Shown piece after piece: positions 20,586 to 28,970 of a DNA stretch of 64,000 nucleotides. The stretch covers positions 34,897-98,896 of the forward strand of contig JAJSAH010000017.1 in NCBI GenBank assembly GCA_024274875.1, written 5' to 3'. The stretch is from an archaeon. Its GTDB lineage: Archaea; Micrarchaeota; Micrarchaeia; CAILAH01. Position numbers and translations under genes: made by a program. How positions within the stretch are numbered: the first letter of the stretch is position 1; each line of letters begins with the position of its first letter. Under the pieces are notes generated by a model. That model did not search any database and was not told the origin of the DNA. It saw only the letters and a program-made list of their open reading frames with translations.

Positions 20586-21365
20586 TCAAAACTCTTCATT
20601 ATGCAAAACTTGATTTAAACTCATCCTATTCTTCTCATGACCTTCCTCAGCTGGATACCCTAACGGAAGAACTGCAACTGGCTCGACATAATCCGGCAAT
20701 TTCAGGATTTCTTTAAGCGCGCCGTTATTGAAAGCGCCCACCCAAACGCTTCCTAAACCCCTATCAGCAGCAGCTAACTGAATGTATGCAGAAACTATGC
20801 ATGCATCTGCAACTGCATAGAATTCCTCGCCTCTTTTACCATATTTTGAACCACTCTTCTTTCTGTTAGCGCATACAACAATAACAATTGGAGCTTCCAT
20901 AATAAAATCTTGTTCAAAACATGCGCTTGCAATCTTTTTCTTCCTTTCCGCATTCTTTACCAAAATAAATTCCCATGCCTGCAAATTGCCTGCGCTGGGC
21001 GCTAATATCGAAGTTGAAAGAATATCATTGATAACAGCATCAGAAACATCATCTGGTTTATACGCCCTTATGCTTCTCCTTTTCAGCGCAAGGTCTTTGA
21101 ATGCGCTCTTAAGTGCAATTATTTGATAGCCATATTTATCAACATCATCTTTGGGCCAAAAAGCAATATCCTTGGTCTTTGCCACATAAGTTATTTCTTT
21201 CTCAATAACTCTTCCTGTATATTTCTTTGTTTCAGGATCCCATTCGCGCAAAATTAAAACATCTACTGGCTTGCATTCAAAATCTGCTAACCTAATCTCA
21301 AATGTCTTATCTCCAGAAACAACCTTATCAAAATATTTTGGCCAGATCTTTTTTTCGATTTTCAT
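20586..21365 (-). CDS. Fusion protein: N-terminal DUF3850/ASCH-like domain plus C-terminal nitroreductase domain
   Basis: The N-terminus KIWPKYFDKVVSGDKTFEIRLADF...LREWD...YTGR follows the DUF3850 pattern. The C-terminus RRSIRAY...APSAGNLQAW.F follows the nitroreductase pattern. Confidence 0.78.
   Translation of the reverse strand: MKIEKKIWPKYFDKVVSGDKTFEIRLADFECKPVDVLILREWDPETKKYTGRVIEKEITYVAKTKDIAFWPKDDVDKYGYQIIALKSAFKDLALKRRSIRAYKPDDVSDAVINDILSTSILAPSAGNLQAWEFILVKNAERKKKIASACFEQDFIMEAPIVIVVCANRKKSGSKYGKRGEEFYAVADACIVSAYIQLAAADRGLGSVWVGAFNNGALKEILKLPDYVEPVAVLPLGYPAEEGHEKNRMSLNQVLHNEEF
20632..20655. repeat. Direct repeat, right copy: ttctcatgaccttcctcagctgga
   Basis: Exact match to 19144-19167. 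It lies inside the 3' end of the nitroreductase CDS. Confidence 0.9.
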
Positions 21366-21396
21366 AATTTATATTTATGCGCGATCTTATAAAAAT

Positions 21397-22356
21397 ATGG
21401 AATTGAGAAATAAAACAACTGTTGCAATAAAACCAAAACCTCCTTACAATTTCGATGCTAACTTTCATAAGCCGTCGCATTTCCCGTCATCAGATAACTG
21501 CTGGGAAAAAGGAAAATACTGGATAACTATGGTTTGGAAAGGCAGAGTGTTAGGGTTGAAGTTTGAAAATATGGGGACAATAGGAAAACCTGAAATTAGA
21601 GCAAGCATATACTCAAAGAAAAAATTATCAAAAAAATTTGTTGATGAATTGGTTGAAGAAATTAGGTGGAGGTTTAATTTTGATTCAGATATTTCTGGGT
21701 TTCATAAAAAGTTCGGGAAGAGTGGGCTCTTGGGAAAATTTATAAGAAAATGGAAAGGCATGAAGCCAGTGGCAGCCAATTCTCTGTATGAAACATTAGT
21801 GATATACATAGTTCTTCAAAACGCAACCGTTAGAAGATCAGTGCAAATGCTTGAAAACTTGTTTAAACGGTTCGGAAAGAAAGTAAAATTTGACCGGAAA
21901 ATTATGTCTGCATTCTGGGAGCCGGAAGAGATTGCAAAAGCTGATGAGCAGGAGTTAAGGGATTTGAAGGTTGGGTACAGGGCTAAATTTCTTAAAAGGA
22001 TCTCTGAGCAGTTGGCAAATAATGAAATAGATGAGTTTGCGCTTAGGAAAATGGCAAAGGAAGATGTTAAAAAAGAGATGTTAAAATTATATGGGATTGG
22101 GCCTGCATCAATTGAATACCTGCTTTTTGAGGATTTTTATTTTTATGATGCGCTGGAAACAATACCGCCCTGGGAACAGAAAATATTGTCAAGGTTGATA
22201 TTCAATAGGAAAACAGTTCCTGCTGAAAAAATACTGAAATTTTTTATGAAATTTAAACCATACCAAAAATTAGCATTCCATTATGTTTGGGAAGATTTGT
22301 TCTGGAGAAGGAAGCATCAGCATATTGAATGGCTGGAAAAGGAGATAAGGTTATGA
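21397..22356 (+). CDS. HhH-GPD superfamily DNA glycosylase (AlkA-like)
   Basis: Contains PPYNFDANF at the N-terminus and the helix-hairpin-helix LKLYGIGPASIEYLL. ATG 21397 is preferred over the longer track ORF, which overlaps the divergent gene. Confidence 0.72.
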   Translation: MELRNKTTVAIKPKPPYNFDANFHKPSHFPSSDNCWEKGKYWITMVWKGRVLGLKFENMGTIGKPEIRASIYSKKKLSKKFVDELVEEIRWRFNFDSDISGFHKKFGKSGLLGKFIRKWKGMKPVAANSLYETLVIYIVLQNATVRRSVQMLENLFKRFGKKVKFDRKIMSAFWEPEEIAKADEQELRDLKVGYRAKFLKRISEQLANNEIDEFALRKMAKEDVKKEMLKLYGIGPASIEYLLFEDFYFYDALETIPPWEQKILSRLIFNRKTVPAEKILKFFMKFKPYQKLAFHYVWEDLFWRRKHQHIEWLEKEIRL

Positions 22357-23142
22357 TTCTTCATGATATGCGCATAAAACAATATCCGCGCTTCCATTTG
22401 AAACCTTTATGCCCCTAAAATACTTGCAAACAGAAACATTCTTTACGGCGCATTTGTGCTCATTAGATTTTTCAGCTATATTCCAAGGGCACCTGTCCTG
22501 CTTCCAGCTTATTTTGTTTTCAGATGTTGTTAAATCTATATCCATGTTCGCCCCTTTCAATTCTATTATTTTTTCGTTTTTCTCACCAAGCAAAGACCTA
22601 ACTTTTTTAAGGATTAAATCAAATCTGCAATATCCTGCTTTCTCATTAAAATGGCCTGCATTCTTAACAAGAATTAAATCAACCCCTAAATTATTTGCAA
22701 GATGTTATGCTTTCTCTAAAGGAACATAGGGATCATTATCGGAGTGATACACATAAAATTTCTTACAATTTTGTCTTATCTTAGACCAATCAAAGTTCGG
22801 TTTAATGAAAGATTTATTGATGTTATCAAAATCAGGATTTTCCAGCAGGTCTATAAATCCTGAAACAAAGAAAGCTGCCTTGATTGGTTTGTTCTGCATT
22901 TCAAGAATGTTTAGCAAAAATGCAACTCCTAAACTATGACCAATAATAATAGAATTTTCGTTCAGATATTGTTCATAACCCTTAAAAATTTTGAGCCAAT
23001 TTTGAAGTGATTGATTTGCAGGAGTTGGAAATTTTGGAACAAAAACTCTGCAACCCAATCTTTCAAGCTCGCATTTGAGCCAGGGAAACCAATTTTCACC
23101 AGGATTTCCATACGCACCATGAATAATGAAAATGTTGGGCAT
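22351..23142 (-). pseudogene. RBBP9/YdeN-type serine hydrolase interrupted by an in-frame TAA (22707-22705). The frame stays open into a C-terminal Cys-rich extension.
   Basis: The catalytic Ser (GHSLG) and Asp (SDNDPYVP) come before the stop. The catalytic His (NAGHFN) comes after it, in the same frame (own translation of 22594-22704). There is no in-frame ATG, GTG or TTG before the His. Confidence 0.7.
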
Positions 23143-23192
23143 GGCAGAATATTGCTTGGCAAAATATTTAAGCATAATAGAGAAACAAAATC

Positions 23193-23397
23193 ATGCAACC
23201 AAAAACCATCAAGTTGAATAGAAAATATATCAAACAAATTGCCAAAGTTGATTCAATAAGGATTTGGAAAGATTTGTTTATACACAAACAAAAGAAATAA
23301 GAAAGCGAAATTCTATGAAAAACTTGGATACAAATTAATCAATGAATTCCCTAATTATTATAGTTATGATAAAGAGTGCAGGACAGTTGTTTTATAG
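23193..23397 (+). pseudogene. GNAT acetyltransferase relic, with an internal deletion and a frameshift
   Basis: Frame 0 reads MQPKTIKLNRKYIKQIAKVDSIRIWKDLFIHKQKK*. Frame +1 reads ...KKAKFYEKLGYKLINEFPNYYSYDKECRTVVL*, a typical GNAT C-terminus. The acetyl-CoA-binding core is missing. Confidence 0.55.
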
Positions 23398-23462
23398 GTA
23401 AATGAGATAATTTGCAAGCATTGATCGAAAACTATTTATTCCAACCCCACCTAAAATGCAAA

Positions 23463-23936
23463 ATGCACATACTCAAAAAAATTACACCAAAAAGAAAAGC
23501 TTTAACTAATGAATTCAAAAACTACCTCATAGATTCGGCGGCAGGCACATCATTCTTCACGCCCATATATACGTTTAATGAATTAGTTATTGCTGGAATG
23601 CCGTTAGATGTATGCCTCAAAAGCAGGCTTATGGCAGCAGGGTTCGGGCTTGTCATAAACAGACCTTACGGAATGTTCAGGAATTGGTGGGCTGCGAAAT
23701 GGAAGCTTACCACTCAAAGCTCATTCACAAAAAAATACGCTGTCGAAACTGCTGGCCTTGCAATGTTCCAGGTGCCCATAAGTTCATTCATGTACTATGT
23801 TTCAGGCGCTTCATTAACAGAAGCGCTAATTGCAATACCAAGCGCGCTTGCGTTGGGCGTTATGCTAGGCAGGCCTTTCGGAATATGGATGGATGCAGTT
23901 AGAAAACTCTCCGGTGTAGAGCCAGCAATAAAATAA
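23463..23936 (+). CDS. alaE: AlaE-family L-alanine exporter-like membrane protein
   Basis: 157 aa. RPYGMFRNWW and GRPFGIWMDAVRKLSGV parallel E. coli AlaE WPYGMYRDLF and GAVYGYFLDYCRRLFKV (recalled from memory). Confidence 0.65.
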   Translation: MHILKKITPKRKALTNEFKNYLIDSAAGTSFFTPIYTFNELVIAGMPLDVCLKSRLMAAGFGLVINRPYGMFRNWWAAKWKLTTQSSFTKKYAVETAGLAMFQVPISSFMYYVSGASLTEALIAIPSALALGVMLGRPFGIWMDAVRKLSGVEPAIK

Positions 23937-23965
23937 AAATTTATCCTTCTTAAATGAACTTATAT

Positions 23966-24130
23966 AGCCCCGTCGTCTAGTGGTCAAGGATGGCAGGCTC
24001 TGGACGAATGGCCCCCAGCGCGGCCCTTCGCAACCCACGGCAACCAGCCCTTATGGGGAAACCTGCAGACTGCGGTTCGAAAGAAGGGCGCCGTGCCCTT
24101 AATGAAAAACCGGAAATCCGCACGGGGCTA
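23966..24130 (+). tRNA. tRNA-Gln (anticodon CUG) with two introns: 24004-24060 (canonical 37/38, 57 nt) and 24082-24116 (T-loop 59/60, 35 nt)
   Basis: Hand fold: acceptor AGCCCCG/CGGGGCT, D-arm GTCT-AGTGGTCAA-GGAT, anticodon arm GCAGG-CTCTGG|A-CCTGC, T-arm TGCGG-TTCGAA|T-CCGCA. Discriminator is A. Confidence 0.85.
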
Positions 24131-24132
24131 TG

Positions 24133-25521
24133 CTAATTTTTCTCCATAAATTTCTTGGACGCGCTTAATATGTACCCAACCAATTTTTCCATTGATTTGG
24201 ATTTGTATTCAGTTGTATGCGGATTAACCGACACTACATTATCTCCCTTTTTGTGAGTTATGATTAATATCACATTCATCTTTTTCAACTGGTTTTTAAT
24301 TTTACTAGGTGATTTGCTCGATTGCGGGTTCCTCTTGAAATTTTTCTCAGCAGCACTCAAGGGGAAATATTTATTGCCGACTGCCTGTTTTCTTGAGAAC
24401 AATCTCAAGCCATCAACAAGGAATATAATCATATCCTCAACAAATTCCCTGTCTAATGAGTGCTCTTTCTCAACTGCTGTCAGGTATTTGTCAGGAATTT
24501 TAAAATTGTACTTCTCAACTACAAAACTCTTCTCCTTGGCAGCGGTTGTAGACACATTTTCTTGAATATTTGGTACTGACACAGGAACATGCGAAGTTTT
24601 CTCAGAAGGAAGTGAAGATGCGAACTTATATATCACATCACATAACTGCTCATGGTTTTCCAGCGCAAGCTTGTTCTGCTTAACAAAAGCAAGAAAATCT
24701 TCCCTCTCTTTTGGATCACTGAAGAAATTGTTTACTTCAGCAATCGCATCATATGCCTTCTTCTCTTCCTCACTCTGCTTCGCCTCTAAAGAGCGCGCAT
24801 CATCTTTCAACTTGACCGTGCCTTCGCTTAAAGATGGCTTGCTAGCGCTTTCTTTTAACTCAACTGCCCCTTCACTCAAAGATGGCTTGTTAAAACTTGG
24901 CTTAACATCTTCTTTCAAAGATGGCTTGAATACATCTATAACAACATCCATGTGGAACTCAAGAAAGGAATGAGAGATTAGTTTAGATAATGCGCAAAAT
25001 GTGCCATACTTACCATGATTAGGAAAAGGAATCAATGATTTGCGTATTATCCTTAATATCGTGCGCGCATCCTCCTTATCCATATCTTTTATTATATCTT
25101 TAGTTAGACTTTTACCATAATACTTGATTATCGGAAACCTTGATTTGGTAGGAGGCACATCGTATTTGATGTAAGAAGGAATGCATATAAGATCCTCAGG
25201 GTCGAGGAATGCCAATCTAAGCACAGCCATATCTTGTTTGCTAAGCGAATATTTTCTTGCGATGCGCATGATCTTTTTCTCAGTTATGTCCCCCAACTTA
25301 CTCACTGCTGAATCAACTGCTTCTGAGGAATAATGCTTCTGATCCAGCAAAATTATTGCGGATTTCTCAATGGAAGAAATTGTGCGAGCGGGCGGTTCAA
25401 GAAGAGTTTCAATGTAATTTTTTGCAAAATCCTTCTTAATGCTGCGCATCGTGTCTCTGCTTATGTTGCTGCCCTTCAATGCACTCAGCAATTCCATGAA
25501 TTTCTTGTATTTGGGATTCAT
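24133..25521 (-). CDS. Hypothetical protein with an internal KPSLSEG tandem repeat
   Basis: 462-aa ORF. No motif recognised. Confidence 0.45.
   Translation of the reverse strand: MNPKYKKFMELLSALKGSNISRDTMRSIKKDFAKNYIETLLEPPARTISSIEKSAIILLDQKHYSSEAVDSAVSKLGDITEKKIMRIARKYSLSKQDMAVLRLAFLDPEDLICIPSYIKYDVPPTKSRFPIIKYYGKSLTKDIIKDMDKEDARTILRIIRKSLIPFPNHGKYGTFCALSKLISHSFLEFHMDVVIDVFKPSLKEDVKPSFNKPSLSEGAVELKESASKPSLSEGTVKLKDDARSLEAKQSEEEKKAYDAIAEVNNFFSDPKEREDFLAFVKQNKLALENHEQLCDVIYKFASSLPSEKTSHVPVSVPNIQENVSTTAAKEKSFVVEKYNFKIPDKYLTAVEKEHSLDREFVEDMIIFLVDGLRLFSRKQAVGNKYFPLSAAEKNFKRNPQSSKSPSKIKNQLKKMNVILIITHKKGDNVVSVNPHTTEYKSKSMEKLVGYILSASKKFMEKN
24796..24930. repeat. Imperfect tandem coding repeat (about 48-bp unit, 2.8 copies)
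   Basis: aaagatggctt recurs at about 24830, 24878 and 24918. It encodes KPSLSEGAVELKESAS / KPSLSEGTVKLKDDA / KPSLKEDV. Confidence 0.6.
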
Positions 25522-25555
25522 GCAATAATAAAAAAAAACTAGTTAATAAATTTTT

Positions 25556-25939
25556 CTAAGGTTTATTTTTCCACAATCCATGCACATTGCAATGCTCCCT
25601 AACTAATTTAACATCACCTATCTGCACTGAAAATGACGCCTCAGGTAAAATTCCTGGATGCAAATATTTTCGGTATACCCTTCCATCAGTAAACACCTCG
25701 ATCCACTCAATGTAATGATTGTCTTCCATAGGATGGGGCACTGAACCAACCTTAACCACAATTCCCTCATCTGATTTCTCGACTACGGGAACATGCTTCT
25801 CTAATCCTTGTTCAGAAGTTTTTTCATGCAATATTTCCATTTCTTTCCCGCAACACACCAACCTGCCTTTACCGCCAACAAGCACTTCAACAATGTTCCC
25901 GCAAACACTGCATTTGTATATTTCATTGCGCTTGGCCAT
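25556..25939 (-). CDS. dfx: Desulfoferrodoxin (2Fe superoxide reductase)
   Basis: 127 aa. The N-terminus has CSVCGN...CCG (desulforedoxin-like). The C-terminus has the SOR centre ligands H..H...C..H ([18 protein letters not shown]). Confidence 0.9.
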   Translation of the reverse strand: MAKRNEIYKCSVCGNIVEVLVGGKGRLVCCGKEMEILHEKTSEQGLEKHVPVVEKSDEGIVVKVGSVPHPMEDNHYIEWIEVFTDGRVYRKYLHPGILPEASFSVQIGDVKLVREHCNVHGLWKNKP

Positions 25940-25948
25940 GAAAACACC

Positions 25949-26515
25949 CTATATTTTTCCCACTAAATCCAAGGCTGGCTTGAGCGTTTCTTTTCCGGGC
26001 TCCCAACTCGCAGGGCATACCTCTCCATTATGCTCTGCAACATACTTTGAGGCTTGCAGCTTTCTGAGTATTTCATGAGCGCTTCTGCCTATGCTGTTGT
26101 CATGAATTTCAATTGATTTTAGCACCCAATTCGGATCGATTATGAAAGTTGCTCTCAACGAAACGCCTTCTTCATCTATGTATGTTCCAAACTGCCGGCA
26201 TATCTTTCCCGAAGGGTCGGCAAGCATTGGATAGCGTATCTTTCCTATCGTGCTCGAATCATCATGCCAAGCTTTATGCACATACGCAGTATCAGTGCTT
26301 ATGCTTAAAATCTCTGCACCTTCTTTCTGAAATATCTCATAATGATCAGCAAGCTCGCCTAATTCAGTAGGGCACACAAATGTGAAATCTGCTGGGTAGA
26401 AAGCCAAAACAACCCACTTGCCCCTGTAATCCGAGAGTTTTACTCTCTTAATTTCATCATTTATGTATGCGTCTGTCTCAAAATCTTCAACAACATGTCC
26501 AATTTTTACATTCAT
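25949..26515 (-). CDS. Peroxiredoxin (AhpC/TSA family)
   Basis: Contains FYPADFTFVCPTE and EVCPASW. The ATG at 26515 gives the normal length; the track ORF carries an implausible N-terminal extension. Confidence 0.9.
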   Translation of the reverse strand: MNVKIGHVVEDFETDAYINDEIKRVKLSDYRGKWVVLAFYPADFTFVCPTELGELADHYEIFQKEGAEILSISTDTAYVHKAWHDDSSTIGKIRYPMLADPSGKICRQFGTYIDEEGVSLRATFIIDPNWVLKSIEIHDNSIGRSAHEILRKLQASKYVAEHNGEVCPASWEPGKETLKPALDLVGKI

Positions 26516-26575
26516 GCAATCACCATAGGTATTTAGTGCGAAAAGAATATATATTTTATTGAATATAGTATATGT

Positions 26576-26998
26576 ATGGTTCGAATTTCGGATATGCAAA
26601 TATTAGATATTCTTAGGAATAATGCGAAAATGAAAAATACAGAGATTGCGAGGAAGCTGGGTGTGAGCGAAGCTGCTGTTAGGAAGAGAATTGAGAGGAT
26701 GGAGAAAGCAGGCATAATAAAAGGATATTATGCGGAAATAGATGTTAAAAAAATCGGGTTTAAAATAAAGGCAGTTATAGGAGTGGATGCAACTCCTGAA
26801 AGATACACTGAAGTGATAGAAAAATTAAGAAATGAGGATGCAGTTAAAAGCATGCACATATCAAGCGGAGACCATATGATTATGATTGAATGCTGGTTCA
26901 AAAACCAAAAAGAGCTCTCGAATTATGTCAGAAATATAAATAGGATGCGCGGGATCACAAAAACATGCCCCGCAATAATAATTGACAGAATAAAATAA
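26576..26998 (+). CDS. lrp: Lrp/AsnC-family transcriptional regulator
   Basis: Contains ILDILRNNAKMKNTEIARKLGVSEAAVRKRIERMEKAGIIKGY. It is divergent from prx across a 60-bp AT-rich spacer. Confidence 0.85.
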   Translation: MVRISDMQILDILRNNAKMKNTEIARKLGVSEAAVRKRIERMEKAGIIKGYYAEIDVKKIGFKIKAVIGVDATPERYTEVIEKLRNEDAVKSMHISSGDHMIMIECWFKNQKELSNYVRNINRMRGITKTCPAIIIDRIK

Positions 26999-27667
26999 TC
27001 AGAGCTTCCACTCCCCTTTAAAGGAGATGGCTTTTATGCCATAAGGTTTTATATCACGCGCAATTAACCCAAGCGCAGAAAGGTCCCTTGCCCTGTCGTT
27101 ATTATACTCCGTGCTCCCATAATCTGCTTCGACCTTATCACCTTCAACTTTTGCACTGCATTTTACTTTGTATTTGTCAAATACAAGATTTACCTTTTCA
27201 TCGTTCGTTTTTGCATCTTTCAGAATTTTTACCTTATATTTAAGAGTAACTCCCGCTAAAGGATGGTTGAAATCCGTCACAACTCTTCCACTGTTCACCG
27301 CCTTAATAACAGCATGAGTGTTATCTATATTCACTACTTGGCCTGGAACTGGATTTATGCCTGCCTGCCTGAACTGTTTGAGCGGGATTATTCGCACAAG
27401 GTCTTCATTTCTCTGCCCAAACCCTTTTTCCGGTTCAACATCAAACTCTTTTTCATCGTTTTCGTTCATTCCGACAAGCATCTCATCAACGCCTTTCAGA
27501 ACCTGATTTTCACCAACAGTGATTATGGCAGGACCATACGACTTCTTTGGATCGTATATGCCTGCTTTTTTGGCCTCTTCCTCATCAGTTGTATCAACAA
27601 TCTGGCCGCTGCTCTTTATATAAGCAGAATACTCAAACTTGACTAAATCGCCTTTTTCAATAGACAT
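26999..27667 (-). CDS. FKBP-type peptidyl-prolyl cis-trans isomerase (SlyD-like, with an insert-in-flap region)
   Basis: Contains GDLVKFEYSAY...GENQVLKGVDEMLVGM...DFNHPLAG. Confidence 0.85.
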   Translation of the reverse strand: MSIEKGDLVKFEYSAYIKSSGQIVDTTDEEEAKKAGIYDPKKSYGPAIITVGENQVLKGVDEMLVGMNENDEKEFDVEPEKGFGQRNEDLVRIIPLKQFRQAGINPVPGQVVNIDNTHAVIKAVNSGRVVTDFNHPLAGVTLKYKVKILKDAKTNDEKVNLVFDKYKVKCSAKVEGDKVEADYGSTEYNNDRARDLSALGLIARDIKPYGIKAISFKGEWKL

Positions 27668-27729
27668 AATAATCCCTCAACGTATTTCAGCACATAAACA
27701 CTTTAAACTTTTTTCTCCTATTTTCACAC

Positions 27730-28968
27730 ATGGAGTTTAACTTTACAAGAGAGCAAATTATACGGGCTATAGTTATAATCACGGCAATAACATTTGTGCT
27801 GTCAAGCATGGGCATATGGTTTAAGTCAGGAAACAATGCGCCTTCCGGAATCACGCAATCCCAAAACGAAAACATAGAGCAAAATATCACCATGGGAGTT
27901 GGAAATGTTGAGTTGATTATCGACTCATACTCTGCGGTGATAAGATTGGGCAAAGTAAATAATGAAACGCAAAAATACCTGCAGCAGATGCAAGCAGATG
28001 GAACCGCATTGTATGTTGATGCATCAAACCCTGCAAGAATCACTGTTGCGCTTTCCGACCCAGAAGACACTTACTATGTCGCTAAGCATATAATTAACTT
28101 GGACCCTTCCGTGCACATGGAACTTGAAGCATTTGTGCACAGCGATGAGGAATTTGAATTTTCAACGCAGCAGGGAACGATTAAAGCAAAGATTCCTGCG
28201 AGCAAAATCACCCTAACTAACCCTTATGAGATAGGAGATTCTATCGCATTCAAGGCGCTCGTGCAGTTCGTTGATGGAAAGATTGTTGGCGCTAAGCTCA
28301 CGCCAACAGCTAGGAAAGCCACTGTTGAATTGAAGGTGCTTCCAACAAAACTGCACAATAAATATTATGTGCGGATGTTCTTTTACTGGCATGACAGAGT
28401 AGGCGTTGATGAATCAAAAGATGCGTTGAACAATACGCTTGCTGAATTAGGCGCGCGCAATGTAATAATGAATTATATAAGAGATGATACAGTTTATGCG
28501 AGCAGGAGCCTTACAAGCAAGGAGAGCAAAGCGCTGCGGGAAAAAATGCCGGGCGTTAAAACCGTACAGTTCAATAAGGTTGTGTTTTACAGCAATTACA
28601 CATACACTGAAGATGAAATCGCAGATGCATTAAGCAGCATAACAAATAACAGCGTTGAGGTGTCATTTTCCCCCCCTATGCTGGAACTGCTGTTCTTGTA
28701 TGATGGGAATGCATCTAATATCACGGAAGCTGTGAATTCTTTCAGTTATGCGCCCATCTCCAAAGAGATGTATGTGCTCGCGGATGTGTCCTTGGGCGGC
28801 GAAGATGTTGAGATTGATGGAAAAACATACGCTGTAAATGAAATGAATAAAACTGCATATGTGCCAATAGGTTCAGAATTGAATATGCCGACGTATGCAA
28901 AGTTTGATGTATCAATAGTTGGCAAGAGGATTGTTAATGCTGAACAAAACCTTAGACCGGATATTTAA
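27730..28968 (+). CDS. Hypothetical N-terminally membrane-anchored extracellular protein
   Basis: 412 aa with a single N-terminal TM segment (IVIITAITFVLSSMGIW). No motif recognised. Confidence 0.45.
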   Translation: MEFNFTREQIIRAIVIITAITFVLSSMGIWFKSGNNAPSGITQSQNENIEQNITMGVGNVELIIDSYSAVIRLGKVNNETQKYLQQMQADGTALYVDASNPARITVALSDPEDTYYVAKHIINLDPSVHMELEAFVHSDEEFEFSTQQGTIKAKIPASKITLTNPYEIGDSIAFKALVQFVDGKIVGAKLTPTARKATVELKVLPTKLHNKYYVRMFFYWHDRVGVDESKDALNNTLAELGARNVIMNYIRDDTVYASRSLTSKESKALREKMPGVKTVQFNKVVFYSNYTYTEDEIADALSSITNNSVEVSFSPPMLELLFLYDGNASNITEAVNSFSYAPISKEMYVLADVSLGGEDVEIDGKTYAVNEMNKTAYVPIGSELNMPTYAKFDVSIVGKRIVNAEQNLRPDI

Positions 28969-28970
28969 TC

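Larger units (their letters stand above)
19144..20655. mobile_element. Putative integrated mini-element or integration scar carrying only the abiEi-abiEii toxin-antitoxin pair
   Basis: Flanked by exact 24-bp direct repeats. The 3' end of the target gene is duplicated and diverged. No integrase or transposase lies inside. Confidence 0.5.

Noticed and set aside
21271-21396. Long N-terminal extensions offered by the ORF track: glycosylase 21271, Lon-like 36424, prx 26599, radA 47933, cdc6 39216 and TrmJ-like 40466
   Set aside because: The extensions overlap neighbouring genes or encode non-homologous, odd sequence. Internal starts give lengths and N-termini that match the respective families.
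23966-24130. tRNA-Gln acting as a possible TAA suppressor tRNA
   Set aside because: The anticodon reads CTG (codon CAG), not TTA. Nothing in the sequence supports suppressor activity.
24796-24930. A repeat array as a possible CRISPR or mobile repeat
   Set aside because: It is an in-frame, imperfect ~48-bp tandem repeat inside a protein-coding gene (KPSLSEG units), with no spacer structure. No CRISPR array occurs anywhere in the window.
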